This document shows positions 30,547-41,867 of a stretch of 64,000 nucleotides of DNA, piece by piece (position 1 is the stretch's first letter; each line of letters begins with the position of its first letter). The position numbers and the translations under genes were made by a program. The DNA lies in assembly GCA_963815195.1 (NCBI GenBank), contig CAWFGE010000012.1, positions 928,001 through 992,000 of the forward strand. The letters run 5' to 3'. The notes beneath the pieces were generated by a model. It ran no database searches and had not been told where the DNA came from. It worked only from the letters and a program-made list of their open reading frames with translations. The stretch comes from an uncultured Planctomycetaceae bacterium. Its GTDB lineage: Bacteria > Planctomycetota > Planctomycetia > Planctomycetales > Planctomycetaceae.

Positions 30547-33023
30547 GTGTTAGAGTTCTTGCTAAACCGGATGCACCGGCATCGGCTTGTCACGTTGGTG
30601 CTCGGCCTGTTGGCCGCGGTGTTGATCGGCGGGTTTTCCGCGACATTGACCGTAAATGATTCCCCCGAACGCTGGTTCCCCCAAAGCACCGTCGAGGCCT
30701 GGGACCGGTTTGACGAACACTACGAATACGGCGACACGCTGGTCGTGGGGATTCAGTTTCACCGCCCGGTCCGCGATGACGACCTGCCGTTCCTCAGCAG
30801 GCTCCGCAAAAAGTTCCTGGCGATCAAGGGCATCGAAGATGTCACCGATTCTTCGCGGATCGCGGAGCAAATCGAGCAGGTGCCGTTGACCCAGTTGATC
30901 GCCGCTCCCAAACCCGGCGAACCCGATCCGTATGCGTTATACCGCGGGGCGTTTTTTGATGATCCGGCGGTGTGGAAAGACGAAGCCCATGCCGACGATG
31001 ACGGCCGGACGCTCTTATACATCATCCTCTTGGACGATAAACTCGACCCGGATCTCAGCGAAGAACAGCAGGCCGACCAGCTCAACGCCCGCCGGCGGCA
31101 TGTGACCGCTGAGGTGGAGCGATTGACGCAGGAGTGCGGGAAGGACCGGGCCGACATCACCTTCCACACCGGCGGCGGGATCGTCGTGCAACACGAAATG
31201 GAGCGCATCGCCAAAAACCTGGTGCTCACGCTCGTGCCTTTGTCACTGCTGTTGGCGCTTGTGGCGCTCGGAATCGGGTTTCGGTCTTGGTGGGCGGTCG
31301 CGGTCGCGGTGGTGGGCGGCGGCTGGGCGGTGGCGGTGATGCTGGGCTGCGTGGCGCTGGCGGGCTGGTCGCTAAACGTGGTCACGGTGGCCGGCCCGAC
31401 GTTGATGGCGGTGATCATCATCTCCGCGACGGTGCACATTGCCCACTACTATTCCGTGACGAGCCACCGCCATAACATCACCCCCTCCGACCACGAGCAC
31501 GAAGATGCCGCCCCGCGTCCCCTGAACAACTCGCACCCGCCGCTCACGGCCGAGAACCGCACGCATTTCGTGCATTGGGTCGCGCTGCCGTGCTTGGGGG
31601 CGGCTCTGACCACGGGCTTCGGATTTTTGATGCTCGCCTTCAACGAACTTCAACCGGCCCGCGAGTTGGGGATCGAATTGTTCGTCGGCTCGGTGCTGGC
31701 GTTTTTTGGGGCGTACCTGGCGTGGATGTGGTTCGCGCCGTTTCATGCGGCGCGGGGGAACGTTCTGTCCGCGGATTTCTTGGAAGCCAGCGAGCAGGCG
31801 ATCGTCAAGAAGCCGCTGTGGATGACGTCGATTCTGGGAGTGATGCTGATCGGTCTGGCGGTCGCGGCGATGCAGGTGCGGATCGATGCCGACCCGTTTT
31901 CGTTTTTCCGCCCCGAATCCGGGCCGGGTAGAGCGCTCGCGCACTTTACCATGCGAAAGTTCGGCTTCTATGTGCTCGACGTGGTCTGCGTGCCGCGGAC
32001 CAAACCCGGCGATACGAAAAACCCCGAAGCCGCCGCCCGGGAAAATCGCGCAGGATCGAGACCTTTGCGGAGGAGATTCGGGATCGGCCGGAAATCCGCA
32101 AGATCATCTCCACCGCCGAGTGGCAGGAACGGCTCGCGAATTGGGACCAGGTTCGGCGAGAAGCCCAAGACCGGTGCACGCAGGCGGCGGCGAATTTTCA
32201 AATTGCCGAGGCCAGCCGGGAGTTCAAGAAGGCCGCGGCGTATTACGCGCGGTCCGTCGCATTTAGCAAGGTGTTCCGAAACTGGCTCGACGACCGGGCT
32301 CACCAGGACACCTACCGCGTGACGTTTATGGTTTACGATCCCGGCACCGGGTTTCGGCCGCTGTTGGACGATGTCCGCGCCCATCTCCCCGAAGACCGCT
32401 TCGACTGCTTCTACACCGGGACGGCTGCCAGCGTCGCGGTGCTGTCGGAACAACTCATGGGAGGCATCACGCGGGGGATGATCGCCGCGATGATCGCGAT
32501 GGGCGTGGTCTGCCTGGCCCTGTTCCGCTCGGTCCGGCTGACTTTGATCGCGGTCGCTCCCAATGCCTTTCCCGTCTTGGTCGTGTTCGGGTTTATGGGG
32601 CTGTTCGATATCCCGCTCAACTGCGGCTCGGCGATGGTCACCACGATCGCCTTGGGCGTGGGTCTCAACGATACGGTGCACTTCCTGATGCACTACCGCG
32701 GCCGGCGATTGGAAGGCGCCACCACCGAAGCGGCCCTTCAAGGGACGTTCGGCGAGATCGGCCGGCCGATCATGTTGACCTCGGCCGTCAACTGCGTGGG
32801 GTTCGGGATCTTTATGCTTTCGGACTTTCTGCCAATGGCCCACTTCGGATTGCTCGCAAGCATTGCGATGATCGCGGCGCTCATGGGCGACCTGGTGCTG
32901 TTGCCCAACCTGCTGCGGTTGTTCGATCAGCGCGCCTGGGTGCCGGCGACCACGAAGAAAGACAACCTCGTCAACGTCCCGGCCATTGCGACGCTCGACC
33001 CGGTGCAGCAAGCCTCGGATTGA
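30547..33023 (+). CDS. MMPL/RND-family membrane transporter; apparent frameshift near 32050
   Basis: Two TM blocks (LTTGFGFLML; IALGVGLNDTVH, LMGDLVLLP) separated by extracytoplasmic domains. ORFs 30547-32322 and 32271-33023. Confidence 0.85.
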
Positions 33024-33089
33024 GAATCGAGCCTCGTAAGTCGCATCGCTGACAGAGGCCAACCGATGTTCGGTCCAACAATCTCGGCT

Positions 33090-33246
33090 CTTCCGGCGAA
33101 TCGGGGGGTAGACGTGGATGATCTTTTTGTGTGATGATCAATGAATGAATGGAATGATGGATTTCGCCTGCCCAAGGGGAGGTGAAAGAGCACACAAGAT
33201 ATTCTTTAACACCGTCGTCGTTGCCCCCTCATTCGCCGGAAGAACC
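33090..33246 (+). ncRNA. Candidate structured ncRNA / repeated element, copy 1
   Basis: Near-identical to the reverse complement of 60715-60868, with nested stems. Strand inferred from the U-tract after copy 2. Confidence 0.55.
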
Positions 33247-33483
33247 ACAATCTCTGGCGGAATCTTTCCGCCGTGCCGAACCCGACGGGCGCACGTTGCA
33301 TCTATGGGATGAAACCCCGTGATTCATCGGAACGACGCGGCGGCTTCTCTACGGAGCCGTTTCGGCATTTTCGCCGGTTTCGCGGTTCGCTTCCGGAATG
33401 GTTTTGACAACCGTGGAAGCGCGGGCTTATGCTCTACGGAAGAAGAACCGTTTTAACCATCCCATTTGGAGGACTCGCATCGA

Positions 33484-33720
33484 ATGCTCCTCACTCATTG
33501 GTTGACGCTGTTTGAACGTGATTGGCAATTCGCTTTGGACGTTCGAACCAGCCGCGTGGGTAAAACTCCTTCACCTTCCGTCCTCTATCGCGGTAAGCAC
33601 AAAAACCCGGCAAAGCACCCTTTGCCCCCCGTTCCCCCCGCACCAGCCGCGAAACTCCCGGCCCACTGGAAAGCCCGCCGCCGGCAGTGCAATTCGACGT
33701 AGGAGGTTTTTGAGGGCCGA
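33484..33720 (+). pseudogene. Remnant N-terminus of a planctomycete LEPR-XLL-type exported protein
   Basis: SD ggagga, MLLTHWL...KARRRQ, TAG at 33700-33702, then in-frame EVFEGR running into a REP-like element. Confidence 0.45.
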
Positions 33721-33945
33721 AGGCCCGGCCCTATGTCAGCCCAGGCCAAGCGCAGCGCCGGCCTGGGTTACGGATGATGGATGAAGCGCAAGCCCCAACG
33801 GGGCGGTCCTATACGGAATACTTGCAAGGGCCGATTGAACCACCTGCCGATCTTCGTTTTAGGACCGCCCCGTTGGGGCTTTGGGATCGTTCCCGCTGCC
33901 CAGGGCTTTCGCCCTGGGCTGACATAGAGCCGGGCCTTCGGCCCT
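33713..33945. repeat. Nested REP-like inverted repeats
   Basis: agggccgaaggcccggccctatgtcagccc / gggctgacatagagccgggccttcggccct outside, agccccaacggggcggtccta / taggaccgccccgttggggct inside. A related arm is at ~56176-56230. Confidence 0.8.
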
Positions 33946-33979
33946 ATTTCGTAACTTGGAACGGTTGAGTTCTTCGGAA

Positions 33980-35320
33980 TCAATCGTTCCGCAGTTTGAG
34001 GCCTTTCTCGGTGAGTTTGGCGCGGATTTCGTTGAGCGAGGTCACGCCGAAGTTGCGGACGCCCAAGAGTTCGTCGGCGGTGCGGGAAAGGAGTTCGCCC
34101 ATGCCCGTGATGCCCAGCCGCGACAGGCATTTGCGGGCCCGCACCGAAAGGTTCAAATCGGTGACCGGCGCTTCCAGCATCGCCCGCTCTTGCGGGGAGA
34201 GATCCTGCGGCTGGTAGCTGGGCGTGGCGGGCTTGGTCGGCCGGGCAAATTGGCCGATGCCCAGGCCCCGCGTGGTGAGCATCTCCTGAATCTCCTTAAG
34301 CGAGGTTTCGCCGAAGTTCTTGCCCGCGAGGAGTTCCTCTTCGGTGACGCGGGTCAGATCGCCCAAGGATTCGATGCCCGCGCGTTCCAGGCAGTTTCGG
34401 CTGCGGGCGGAGAGTTCGAAATCGGTGATGGGCACGCTCATCACCTGGTCGAGTTCCCGCTGGCGGCGGACGGCTTCCTCGTCGTAGTACATGTCGCTCG
34501 AGGCTTCGATGTCCTTCAGATACAACAGGGCCCGCTCGTGGTTGGGATCGACGCCGAGCACCTGGCGGAAACAATACGCGGCCGCGGGGTAGTTCTCGTT
34601 GTCTTCGTAGAGGAGGCCCAGGTTGATGAGGCCTCCCAGAAAGAACGGCGGACGGGAGAGGCTTTGCTCGTAGAGTTTGATCGCTTCTTCATCGTTGCCG
34701 AGGAGGTTGTTTTCGTTCGCGAGCCGGTACAGGGCTTCGGTGTGGTGCGGATCGATATCGACCGCGCGCTCGAAGTGTTCGATGGCTCCGAACAGATCGC
34801 CCCGGTCGTCCCGCAGGCAGCCCATCTGGAACGAATACTCCGCCCGCGTCACGCCTTCGCGGCCGGTGGACTTGAGCACGGCCTCGGCTTCGTCCAGGTC
34901 GCCCGATTGGCGAATGGCTCCCGCCTTGAACAGGGCGCAGGTGACTTTATCGTACCCGTACTTGGCCGCCTGATCGTACGCCTTGGCCGCGTCCTCATAT
35001 CGGCCGAGGTTGAACAAGGCCCGGGCGCGGTAGAACTCGGCGAGGCTGTTTTTGGAAACCTCTTCCAAGACGTCCGCGGCCTGGCGATGCTGGCCGAGCA
35101 GATACGACACGATGCCCAACACCAGCAAATCGCGGTCGGATGCGAGGCCGCCTTTGCGTTTCGAGGCCAATTCGCCCACGCACTGCCGGACTTCCGTGAG
35201 GTGCGGTCCCGGGATGATGATTTGGATTTCCTCGACGTCCTCTTCGCCAAAGCCCGGTTTCTCCAGCATGATTTCCCGGATTTTGGGGGCGTCGGGGGTG
35301 GGGATAGTTTGCGTTGTCAC
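33980..35320 (-). CDS. TPR protein with two RNA polymerase alpha C-terminal domains
   Basis: TPR repeats followed by ELSARSRNCL...KNFGETSLKEI and NLSVRARKCL...RNFGVTSLNEI. Confidence 0.88.
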   Translation of the reverse strand: MTTQTIPTPDAPKIREIMLEKPGFGEEDVEEIQIIIPGPHLTEVRQCVGELASKRKGGLASDRDLLVLGIVSYLLGQHRQAADVLEEVSKNSLAEFYRARALFNLGRYEDAAKAYDQAAKYGYDKVTCALFKAGAIRQSGDLDEAEAVLKSTGREGVTRAEYSFQMGCLRDDRGDLFGAIEHFERAVDIDPHHTEALYRLANENNLLGNDEEAIKLYEQSLSRPPFFLGGLINLGLLYEDNENYPAAAYCFRQVLGVDPNHERALLYLKDIEASSDMYYDEEAVRRQRELDQVMSVPITDFELSARSRNCLERAGIESLGDLTRVTEEELLAGKNFGETSLKEIQEMLTTRGLGIGQFARPTKPATPSYQPQDLSPQERAMLEAPVTDLNLSVRARKCLSRLGITGMGELLSRTADELLGVRNFGVTSLNEIRAKLTEKGLKLRND

Positions 35321-35734
35321 AGCGTGATCTCCGGTACGTTCCGACGGATACATGGAAACTCATTTCGCAGGGCCGGTCTTTGGCAGCGGGCGGACGAGAC
35401 AGAAATAGAATGAGGAGAGAAGATGGCGGATTGAGGAGAGAATTTACTTCGCCCTGATCCCGTCTGTACTCTCCTCAAACCTCTCCCTCCTCAACCGCTT
35501 TGCGAACAGATGATCACAAAGATCAACAGTTCGGTGAGGAGAATAAGTGTTGAACCGTAATCCGACCGCTGCCCGCAAGAACCTCTGCGTGCCCCGAAAC
35601 TCGCATTATTGTTCACCGGCCCAAAACTTGCAAGCATTCGGTTGACCCGGAGAGCCGAAGCCGATTCAATGGTTGGGGAACTTCGGGCCGACTTGCTCGA
35701 TCCTTGAATCTCGCCTTTAACCCAAACGGCCGCC

Positions 35735-37021
35735 ATGGCTTCCAAGGATCTCAATCCTCCCGTTCCGCCCGAGAGCCGGAACGGGTTGATGAAGCTCGTG
35801 GAAATCACGTGCGAACTGGCGGCTCAGCACGAGTTGGACGAGATTCTCCGCACCGTCACGCAGGGAGCGTGCGAGGCTCTCGATTGCGAGCGGGCAAGCT
35901 TGTTTCTCCTCGACGAGAACGGAACAGAACTGTTCACCCGCACGGTGACGGAGTTGGAGATCGAGGAAATTCGCTTTCCCGTCGAGCGGGGCATCGCGGG
36001 CTGGGTCGCGCAGCATCGGCAGCTGCTGAACATCCCTGATCCTTACGCGGATGAGCGGTTCAATCCCAGCTTCGATCGGAAAACCGGGTTTCACACGCGA
36101 AACATCCTCGCGGCTCCGGTGGTCTCGCCGCTCGACAACCGCACCGTGGGCGTTTTGCAGATTTTGAACAAGCAAGGCGGTTCGTTTGCGGAAACTGATC
36201 AGCGCGTGCTGGAAGCCTTTGCCGCCCATGCCGCGACTGCGCTCGAACGGGCCAAGCTGTTGTTGGAGGCAAAAAAATCCCAGGAATTGCGGTTGGCGAT
36301 CGAATTCGGGCGAAAGATTCAGGCGAGTTTTTTGCCGAGTTCGCTGCCGGAGGTGCCCGGCTATCAGATGGCCGCCTGGTGGCAACCGGCCGAATCGGTC
36401 AGCGGGGATTATTACGACGTGCTCCGGCTTCCCGACGGGCGGTGGGCCTTGGTGATCGCCGATGTCAGCGGGCACGGCGTGGGGCCCAGCCTGATCATGG
36501 CGTCCGCGCGGGCGATGCTCCGCGTGATGGCCGAAGCCGGCTCGGAGCCGAACGAAATCCTCTCGCTGTTGTCCGAGACGATTTATCCGGACCTGCAAGA
36601 CGGCCTGTTTATCACGTTTCTGATCATCGCCCTCGACCCGCAGACGCACGAACTCGTCTTCGCCAACGCGGGGCATGGACCGGTGCTGCATTACCATCGG
36701 CGGGACGATCGGTTCACCACGCTGGACGCGACCGGCCTTCCCGTGGGCGTTTTAGAGAAAATCCGCTTCCCGCCCGGCAAAGCCGTCACCCTGGACGCGG
36801 GGGATTGTCTGCTACTGATGACCGACGGGGCGTTTGAATTGCGAAACGCCGGAGAGGAACAGTTCGGCGTCGAGCGCTTGGAGCAATTGATCCGCGAGAA
36901 TTGCCAGCGCTCGGCCCGGGAAATCGTGGAGACGCTCCGCCACGCGATCTCGAGCTTCAATCCCGATCAACTTCCCCCGGACGACATCACGCTGCTGGTG
37001 CTCAAACGAAACGAAGAATAG
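35735..37021 (+). CDS. GAF + PP2C (SpoIIE/RsbU-like) phosphatase
   Basis: GAF (RGIAGWV, DRKTGFHTRNIL, LNK) plus VSGDYYD, ADVSGHG, NAGH, TDG and DDIT. Confidence 0.92.
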   Translation: MASKDLNPPVPPESRNGLMKLVEITCELAAQHELDEILRTVTQGACEALDCERASLFLLDENGTELFTRTVTELEIEEIRFPVERGIAGWVAQHRQLLNIPDPYADERFNPSFDRKTGFHTRNILAAPVVSPLDNRTVGVLQILNKQGGSFAETDQRVLEAFAAHAATALERAKLLLEAKKSQELRLAIEFGRKIQASFLPSSLPEVPGYQMAAWWQPAESVSGDYYDVLRLPDGRWALVIADVSGHGVGPSLIMASARAMLRVMAEAGSEPNEILSLLSETIYPDLQDGLFITFLIIALDPQTHELVFANAGHGPVLHYHRRDDRFTTLDATGLPVGVLEKIRFPPGKAVTLDAGDCLLLMTDGAFELRNAGEEQFGVERLEQLIRENCQRSAREIVETLRHAISSFNPDQLPPDDITLLVLKRNEE

Positions 37022-37045
37022 CCGCAAGGATCCCATCACAAAGCC

Positions 37046-38839
37046 ATGACGGACCGTCCTCGACTTTTGCCCCGCATCTTCGCTGAGATCGCCGAGAGTG
37101 CGCCCGATCGGTTGCGGCGGAAGCTCGATAAGAATCCCACCGCGGCCAATGAGTGGGCCTGGTCCGCGGAGGGGGAGTGCTGGGTCGTCGACGCCGGCAA
37201 CGAGCAAGTCCGGCTGCAAACATCGGAGGCCACCGTGGTTGCCGTGGAGCACGTGTCTTGCAGTTGCCTGTTGAGTCCGCGGTGTTTTCATGTGCTCTCG
37301 GTGCTGTCGGTGCTCGAGTTATCGGATGCGGTTCCGGATGAAACGCCGGCCGGCGAAACCGAAACGGAACCGATCGAAACCGAAGCCCCCGCCGAATTGA
37401 CGGAAGAGCAAATCGCGGCGGCGCGATCGATGTGGAACGCGGCGTCGGCGATACTGGCGGTCGGAGCCCGGGCCGCCGGGACGCTGCTCCAATCGCAACT
37501 CTTGCGGGCGATCCATGAATGCCGCTGCCAAGGCCTCCACCGTTTGGCGGCGGCGGGTCTGCGGGGGATGCAAAACATCCGCTTGCTCCGCGAGAACACC
37601 GACACGTTTCGCAGCGAGGAATTGCTCGGCGATTTTACGGAACTCTTGCGGGTCGCGTGGACGTTGAGCCATGCCGAGGAAGCCCCCGATCGGGAGTGGC
37701 TGGGCGTGGCCCGGCGGACGTTCGCTCCCGCCGGTTCTTTGAAGCTCGAAGGCTTATTCACCGAGCCGATCCTGACGCGGAGCGGCTACAGCGGCGTGGC
37801 GACTTATCTTCTGGCCGACGATGACACGATCTCCAGCGTGAGCAACGTCCGCCCGGGAACCGCGGAACGGATCGCGGAAGCCTATCACACGGGAGCCGAC
37901 CTGGGCGGGTTGTCCATTCCGCATCAGATGCTGAATCGGCAAGCAATGCTGATGCAGAAAGCCACGCGGTCGCCGGACGGCCGGTTGGGCGGCGGCAAGG
38001 ACTGCCGGGCCGTGACGACGGATTCCGCCGGCTGGGACGAGGGGCCGATCGCCCGGCGGTTTCAGATCCAACTCGCCGCACAAGTCGGCCGCGTGTTCGC
38101 AGCCGACGAACTCGCCTACACCGAGCAGCCGGCGGGGTGGGATTTGTTGTTTCTTGAAGGAATGATTCTCGGCAGCGACGGGGAGAACCTTTTCCTTCAG
38201 TTAAACGATGACCAGGCGATCCTCCGCTTGAAGATCGCGGGCGATCATCCGGCCCTCGTGTTTCGGGAAAACCTGGAACTCTTGGCCCGCGTGCCGGGGT
38301 TGGCGGCGCGGTTTATCGCGAGGATGCTGCTGAGCGACCCCGGCGATGCGTTGGCCTTGGCGATGGCTCCCGTGTTTTCCGAGGAATCTCCGTCGCCTTG
38401 CCGATTGCCCGACAAATGGCGCGGGCATGCGAATTTGGGAATCGACACGTTGCAGCGCGGTTTTTTTCAATCCGCCGCGCGTCAGCCGCACGTCATCGCC
38501 TCGCCCCATGCCCGCGAACGCATTGCGGACGGGTTGGATTTCGTCCGCCGGCGACTCACGGCGGTGGCGTTGGGGGGCCGGCATGCGCTGCCCACCGGGC
38601 GCGTGGGGAAAGCCGTGTCCGATGCCCGGACGCTCGATGCGAACCTCCAACCCGCGGCGGCGGGTTTGCTCAAGGGTCTAACGCAATGCGCGATCGAAAG
38701 CCAAACCGACCTCTTGGGCGTTCGCTTTCCGCCCAATCCCACGCATCTCGCCCAGCGCTGGCTCGCCGGGGCCGTCTACGAAGAAACCGCCCGCCGGCAT
38801 TTCCAGAAATGGAGCTGGCTGAATCACACGAGCCGGTGA
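37046..38839 (+). CDS. SWIM zinc-finger domain protein
   Basis: CSCLLSPRCFH (CxC...CxH) near the N-terminus, long helical remainder. Confidence 0.72.
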   Translation: MTDRPRLLPRIFAEIAESAPDRLRRKLDKNPTAANEWAWSAEGECWVVDAGNEQVRLQTSEATVVAVEHVSCSCLLSPRCFHVLSVLSVLELSDAVPDETPAGETETEPIETEAPAELTEEQIAAARSMWNAASAILAVGARAAGTLLQSQLLRAIHECRCQGLHRLAAAGLRGMQNIRLLRENTDTFRSEELLGDFTELLRVAWTLSHAEEAPDREWLGVARRTFAPAGSLKLEGLFTEPILTRSGYSGVATYLLADDDTISSVSNVRPGTAERIAEAYHTGADLGGLSIPHQMLNRQAMLMQKATRSPDGRLGGGKDCRAVTTDSAGWDEGPIARRFQIQLAAQVGRVFAADELAYTEQPAGWDLLFLEGMILGSDGENLFLQLNDDQAILRLKIAGDHPALVFRENLELLARVPGLAARFIARMLLSDPGDALALAMAPVFSEESPSPCRLPDKWRGHANLGIDTLQRGFFQSAARQPHVIASPHARERIADGLDFVRRRLTAVALGGRHALPTGRVGKAVSDARTLDANLQPAAAGLLKGLTQCAIESQTDLLGVRFPPNPTHLAQRWLAGAVYEETARRHFQKWSWLNHTSR

Positions 38840-38847
38840 TGGAGCCG

Positions 38848-40406
38848 TTATCCCGGATACTCCGCGACATACACGGCTTTGACTTGGGTGTAATCCAGAA
38901 ACGTGTCTTCGCAGTTCACGCCGCCGCCCGGTCCGCCGGAGATCCCCTGCCCGCCGTAGGGCAAACCGTAGGCGATCGAGTTGTGGCAATTGACCTGGCA
39001 GGTCCCATCGCGGAATTGCTTGGCGAGGGCGACGCCGCGGTCCAGGTCTTTCGTCCACACGCTGGAGCCGAGGCCGTAAGGCGAACTGTTGGCGAGTTGG
39101 ATGGCTTCCTCAGCCGAGCCGACGGGACAAATCGTGGCGAAAGTGTGGAAGACTTCCTTGGGATTGCATTCGATGCCGGGCGATGTGCGGTACAAGGCCG
39201 GCTTCACATAATAACCCCTCCGTCCCGCAACTTCCGCGACGCCGCCGGCGAGCAACGGCTCACCGCCGCGAAGGGCCGTTTCCATTTGGGCTTTGAGGAT
39301 TCGCTCCCGCTGGGTGGGATTGACGACGGCCCCCAACTGAGTGCCGGCGTCGGCCTGGTAGCCGATCTTTAGCCCGCTGAAAAACGACCGCTGGGCCTCG
39401 ATGAAATCGTCCGCGATTTTCTTGTCCACAAACACGCGGTGGATCGTGCAGCAGGTCTGGCCGAAGTGCTGGTTGGTGTAGCGGCCGATCATGCGGGCCA
39501 CGAGTTCGGGGTCGGCATCGTCCAAAACGATCGCAGCGCCGTTGCCGCCCATTTCGCGCTTCATCCGCGTGCCGTGCCGATCGCAGGCGCGGAGAATCGC
39601 CTGCCCGATTTCGGGCGAGCCGGTGAAGGAAATAAACCGCACGCCGGGATTCTCAGCAATCGCATGCCCGGTGATCTCGCCGCGCCCGGGCAGCACGTTG
39701 ATCACGCCTGGCGGAAAGCCGGCTTCCTGGGCAAGCTTGCCGATGTAAAGCGCCGAGAGCGGCGTGTCTTCCGCGGGTTTGATCAAAACCGAGTTCCCCG
39801 CCAAAATCGCCGGGAACATAAACCACGAGGTGAGCACGATCGGATAATTCCAGGGAATGATCCCCGCGACGACGCCCCAAGGCTCGCGGTGCGTGAAACC
39901 TTGGACGCCCTCGGCCACTTGCATCCGGGCCGTGTCGCCTAAGGGGATTTTCTTCGCCACGCCGCAAAAATACTCGGCACATTCGCGAATCTGCGTGAAG
40001 TCGCCCTCGGCGAGTTCCGAGACTTTGCCGCCGTCGCGAATCTCGCACGCCAAGAGCACATCGCGGTCCCGGTCGCAGAGCTCGACGAGTTTTTTCACCA
40101 AAGCGATTCGCTCGTCGACGGGCGTGTCTTTCCAGCCCTTCTTGCCATCGCCGTGATAAGCCCGATCGCCGGCTTCGACGGCGCGGTCGACTTCCGCCTG
40201 GCCCATTTCAGAGACTCGCGCGAGCACCTCTTCCGAACCGGGATCGACGGTTTCAAACGTGGCGTTCATCGAGCCGGCGACGCTTTCGCCGCCAATCAGC
40301 CCGCCCAACGGCTTCCCGCCGTTTTGACAAAACTTCGTTGAACTTGTCCGGGCGTGGTGAATGCCGACGCAGTGAGGGCTTGTATTTCAGCAGGAGCGAT
40401 CGACAT
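38848..40406 (-). CDS. Aldehyde dehydrogenase; apparent frameshift near 40310
   Basis: IIPWNYP, KPAEDTP, FTGS, EMGG, GQTC and ANSSPYGL. The N-terminus MSIAPEIQ (ATG 40406, SD aggagg) is in another frame. Confidence 0.88.
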
Positions 40407-40519
40407 GGAATTTCCTCCTTCGGAAAAGCCGAGGCAAATGATGCAAAGAGTGGGGAACTGCCTGCATTATTCAAAGACCGGCCGCATCTCGCAACCACGC
40501 TGGCGATCGCACGAGGCGC

Positions 40520-41422
40520 GTATTGAATCCGCAGCATGCGGCGGGTGAGAAAGCTCGTGAGGGCCGCGTCCAGGGACATGTCCGTCCTGAGGAGAATGTA
40601 ATCCATCGACAAGTCCCGGCAGCCGCGTTTAACCTCCGTCAGAAAACTTTCAAATTCCTTTTGATAGGCTTTGCGAAGCGCGCGGGGTTCGGTCATTTGT
40701 TGCGGCAGTCCCTCCAGGCCTTTGAACAGCGTGGGATCCTGGAAGGGGAAATCCTGCTCGGCGGGATCGATGATGTGCATCACGCTCACATCGTGCCGGC
40801 GGTGCTTGAAATGCTTTAAGCCCTTCATCAAGGAATCCACATCGTCGAACAAGTCGCTCAGAATCAGCACCAGGCCCCGCTTGCGGATCCGCTCGGCCAG
40901 ATCGTGAAAGATCGGCCCCATCGAGGTTTCCCCCTCCGCGGGCGTTTGCTCCATCAGGTGAAACAACTGCTTGAGATGCGCGGGCTGACTGGAAGCTTTG
41001 AGGAAGTTGGAGACCTCGCGGTCAAACGTCGCCAGGCCCGCGGCGTCCTGCTGGCGAATCACCAAATAAGCCAGCGCGGCCGCGATGTATTGGGCATATT
41101 CCAATTTGGACACCGCCGCCTGGTCCGACTGGTACTTCATGGATTCGCTGGTGTCGAGCAGCAAGTAGCAGGCGAAGTTGGTTTCCTCCTCGTACTGTTT
41201 GAGATAAAAGCGGTCCGTCTTCCCGAAGACTTTCCAATCGACATACCGGAGATCGTCGCCCGGCACGTATTCCCGGTGCTCCGCAAACTCCACGGAAAAG
41301 CCGTGATAAGGACTTTTATGCAGCCCCGCCACATAGCCTTCCACAATCAACCGGGCCTTGAGATCAAGCCCTTTGAGCTGCGAAAGCGTTTTGGGATCGA
41401 GATATTTTTGAATATCGTTCAT
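40520..41422 (-). CDS. DUF58 protein (MoxR-associated); true stop probably near 40520
   Basis: GLHKSPYHGFSVEFAEHREYVPGDDLRYVDWK, LLDTSESM and LSDL. The called ORF reads on to 40253, probably through a lost stop. Confidence 0.9.
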
Positions 41423-41447
41423 ATGGTTAGCCGGGAGGGCGGTTAAT

Positions 41448-41867
41448 CTAGGCAGTCATGCGATCGATAAGTTCACGTTTCGTCTCAGGATCCACGTGAA
41501 TCACTGGGATGTCGATCGTCTCGTTAAGCGAAGACACATCCGGATGATCGCAGGGCCATGCGTAATAGAGTTGATTTTCTTTTACGTCAATGACAAGCAA
41601 CAGGACGGGAATATTCGAGTTGGCCAACAGGTTGTGTACTTTCGCTGGTATCTTGAATTCCCCGTTGACTGGCCGTTCCGTTGACTTCACCTCGACAGCG
41701 AAGGTGTTCATTCCTCCCCGCGGATTCTGAAAGCCGACAAAGAAGTCATACAGAAAATCCGACACCGTCGCCTGCGCAACGAACCGCGGTTCCAGTTCTT
41801 GAAGAAACAATTCCGCCAACAATTCCGCCCGGCGCCTGGCGTGCTCAATTTTGGTTTGTTTTGTCAT
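41448..41867 (-). CDS. DUF4365-like PD-(D/E)XK-fold protein
   Basis: RAE.LA, YDFFV and FAVEVKST motifs; ATGA-coupled to the upstream gene; AT-richer. Confidence 0.62.
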   Translation of the reverse strand: MTKQTKIEHARRRAELLAELFLQELEPRFVAQATVSDFLYDFFVGFQNPRGGMNTFAVEVKSTERPVNGEFKIPAKVHNLLANSNIPVLLLVIDVKENQLYYAWPCDHPDVSSLNETIDIPVIHVDPETKRELIDRMTA

